A stretch of DNA of 64,000 nt from Camelus ferus (Eukaryota), in NCBI RefSeq assembly GCF_009834535.1, contig NC_045696.1, positions 92,754,001 to 92,818,000 of the forward strand. Reading direction: 5' to 3'. Within the stretch, counting starts at the first letter, position 1. Every line of letters begins with the position of its first letter. The notes under the pieces were generated by a model. It had not been told where the DNA came from and did not search any database. It was given only the letters and a program-made list of their open reading frames with translations. Position numbers and translations under genes: made by a program. Shown piece by piece: positions 62,503-64,000 of the stretch.

Positions 62503-64000
62503 CTGGAAATAAAGCCCTTGTCAGTCTCATCATTTGCAGATATTTTCTTCCAATCCGTAGGCTTTTTATTTTGCTTGTGGTTTCCTTTGCTGTGCAAAAC
62601 TTGTAAATTTAATTTGATTTCATTTATTTATTTTTGCTTTTATTTCTGTTTCCTGCCTAGGAGAACATTGCTAAGATTTATGTCAGAAACTGTTTTGCCT
62701 GTGTTTTCTTCTAGGAGGTTATAGTGTCTTGTCTTATGTTTAAGTCTTTAAGCCATTTTGAGTTTATTTTTGTGTATGGTGTGAGGGAGTGTTCTAACTT
62801 TATTGATTTATATGCAGCTGTCCAGTTTTCCCAACACAACTTGCTGAAGAGACTGTCTTTACTCCATTGTGTGTTCTTGCCTCCTTTGTCAAAGATTAAT
62901 TGACCACAAGTCTGTGGGTTTATTTCTGGGCTCTCTATTCTGTTCCATTGATCCATGTCTGTTTTTGTGCCAATACCATGCCATTTTTGATTACTATAGT
63001 TCTGTATTATTGTCTGAAGTCTGGGAGGGTTATTACTCCAGTTTCTTCTTTTTCTTCAGTATTGCTTTAGCAATTCTGGGTCTTTTGTGATTCCATATAA
63101 ATTTTAGGATTATTTGTTCTAGTTCTGTGAAAAATGTCCCAGGTAATTTGATACAGATCGCATTAAATCTGTAGATTGCTTTGGGTAGTATGGCCATTTT
63201 AACAATATTAATTCTTCCAATCCAAGAGCATAACATATCTTTCCATTCTTTAAGTCATGTTTAATTTCCTTAATCAGTGTTTTGTAGTTCTCCACATATA
63301 AGTCTTTCACTTCCTTGATCAGATTTATTCCTAAGTTTTTTTTTTGGATGTGATTTTAAAAGGGATTGTTTCTTTACTTTCCTCTTCTGGTATGTCATTA
63401 TTAGTAACAATGCAACTGATTTCTGTATGTTAATCTTGTATCCTGCAACCTTGCTGAATTCTTTTATCAGCTTTAGTAGTTTTTGTATGGAGCCTTTGGG
63501 GTTTTCTATATATAGTATCGTATCATCTGCATATGGTGACAGTTTTACTTCTTCTCTTCCAATTTGGATCCCTTTCATTTCTTTTTCTTGTCTAATCGCC
63601 ATGGCTAGGACTTGAATAGAAGTGGTTAGAGTTGGCATCCTTGTCTTGTTCCAGATTTTAGCAGAAAGGATTTTAGCTTTTCACTGTTGAGTATTATGTT
63701 GGCTGTAGGTTTGTCATAAATAGCTTTTATTATGTTGAGATATGTTCCCTCTATACCCATAAGAGTAAGAGTTTTTATCATAAATTGGTGTTGAATTTAT
63801 CAAATGCTTTTTCTGCATCTATTGACATGATCATGTGATTTTTGTCTTTTCTTTTGTTGACATGGTATATCACATTGTTTGATTTGCATATGTTGAACCA
63901 TTCCTATGTCCGTGGGATGAACCTAACTTGATCATAGTGTTTAATCTTTTTTATGTGTCATATACAAACAGAATATATAAACAGCTCGTACAACTTAATA
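62503..64000. mobile_element. 5'-inverted L1: antisense ORF2 segment 62503-63958 followed by a sense segment from 63969 running out of the window
   Basis: Minus-strand ORF2 peptides ([14 protein letters not shown]..., [38 protein letters not shown]). The sense piece cagaatatataaacagctcgtacaac resumes exactly where the inverted piece stops. Confidence 0.9.

Overview
Mammalian genomic DNA, almost certainly from a camelid: it has three tRNA-Ala-derived Vic-1-type SINEs and no Alu, B1, BovB or PRE1 elements that I could recognise. The + strand carries the last two coding exons of C3orf33 (1440-1600, 4144-4545), a CpG-rich promoter region at about 15.4-17.5 kb, and the first coding exon of PLCH1 (ATG at 38802, MSYWNLEKKNSVQYRRHFLVDNSLFH). 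The rest is PLCH1 intron rich in L1, L2, MIR, MaLR/ERV1 LTR and hAT relics. The main observations are five. (1) A decayed reading frame of about 420 codons on the minus strand between C3orf33 and PLCH1 becomes continuous once a solo LTR and a 10-bp duplication are removed, and may be a lost gene. (2) A 342-bp TSD-flanked element fuses an L1 5' head to an L1 3' tail exactly at an AG, suggesting a spliced, SINE-like L1 derivative. (3) A twin-primed, 5'-inverted L1 sits at the window end. (4) Candidate regulatory modules occur at about 15.8, 17.4, 56.5 and 61.8 kb. (5) An out-of-frame uORF overlaps the PLCH1 start. Gene names and repeat families come from recognition by eye, not database searches, and repeat boundaries without TSDs are approximate.
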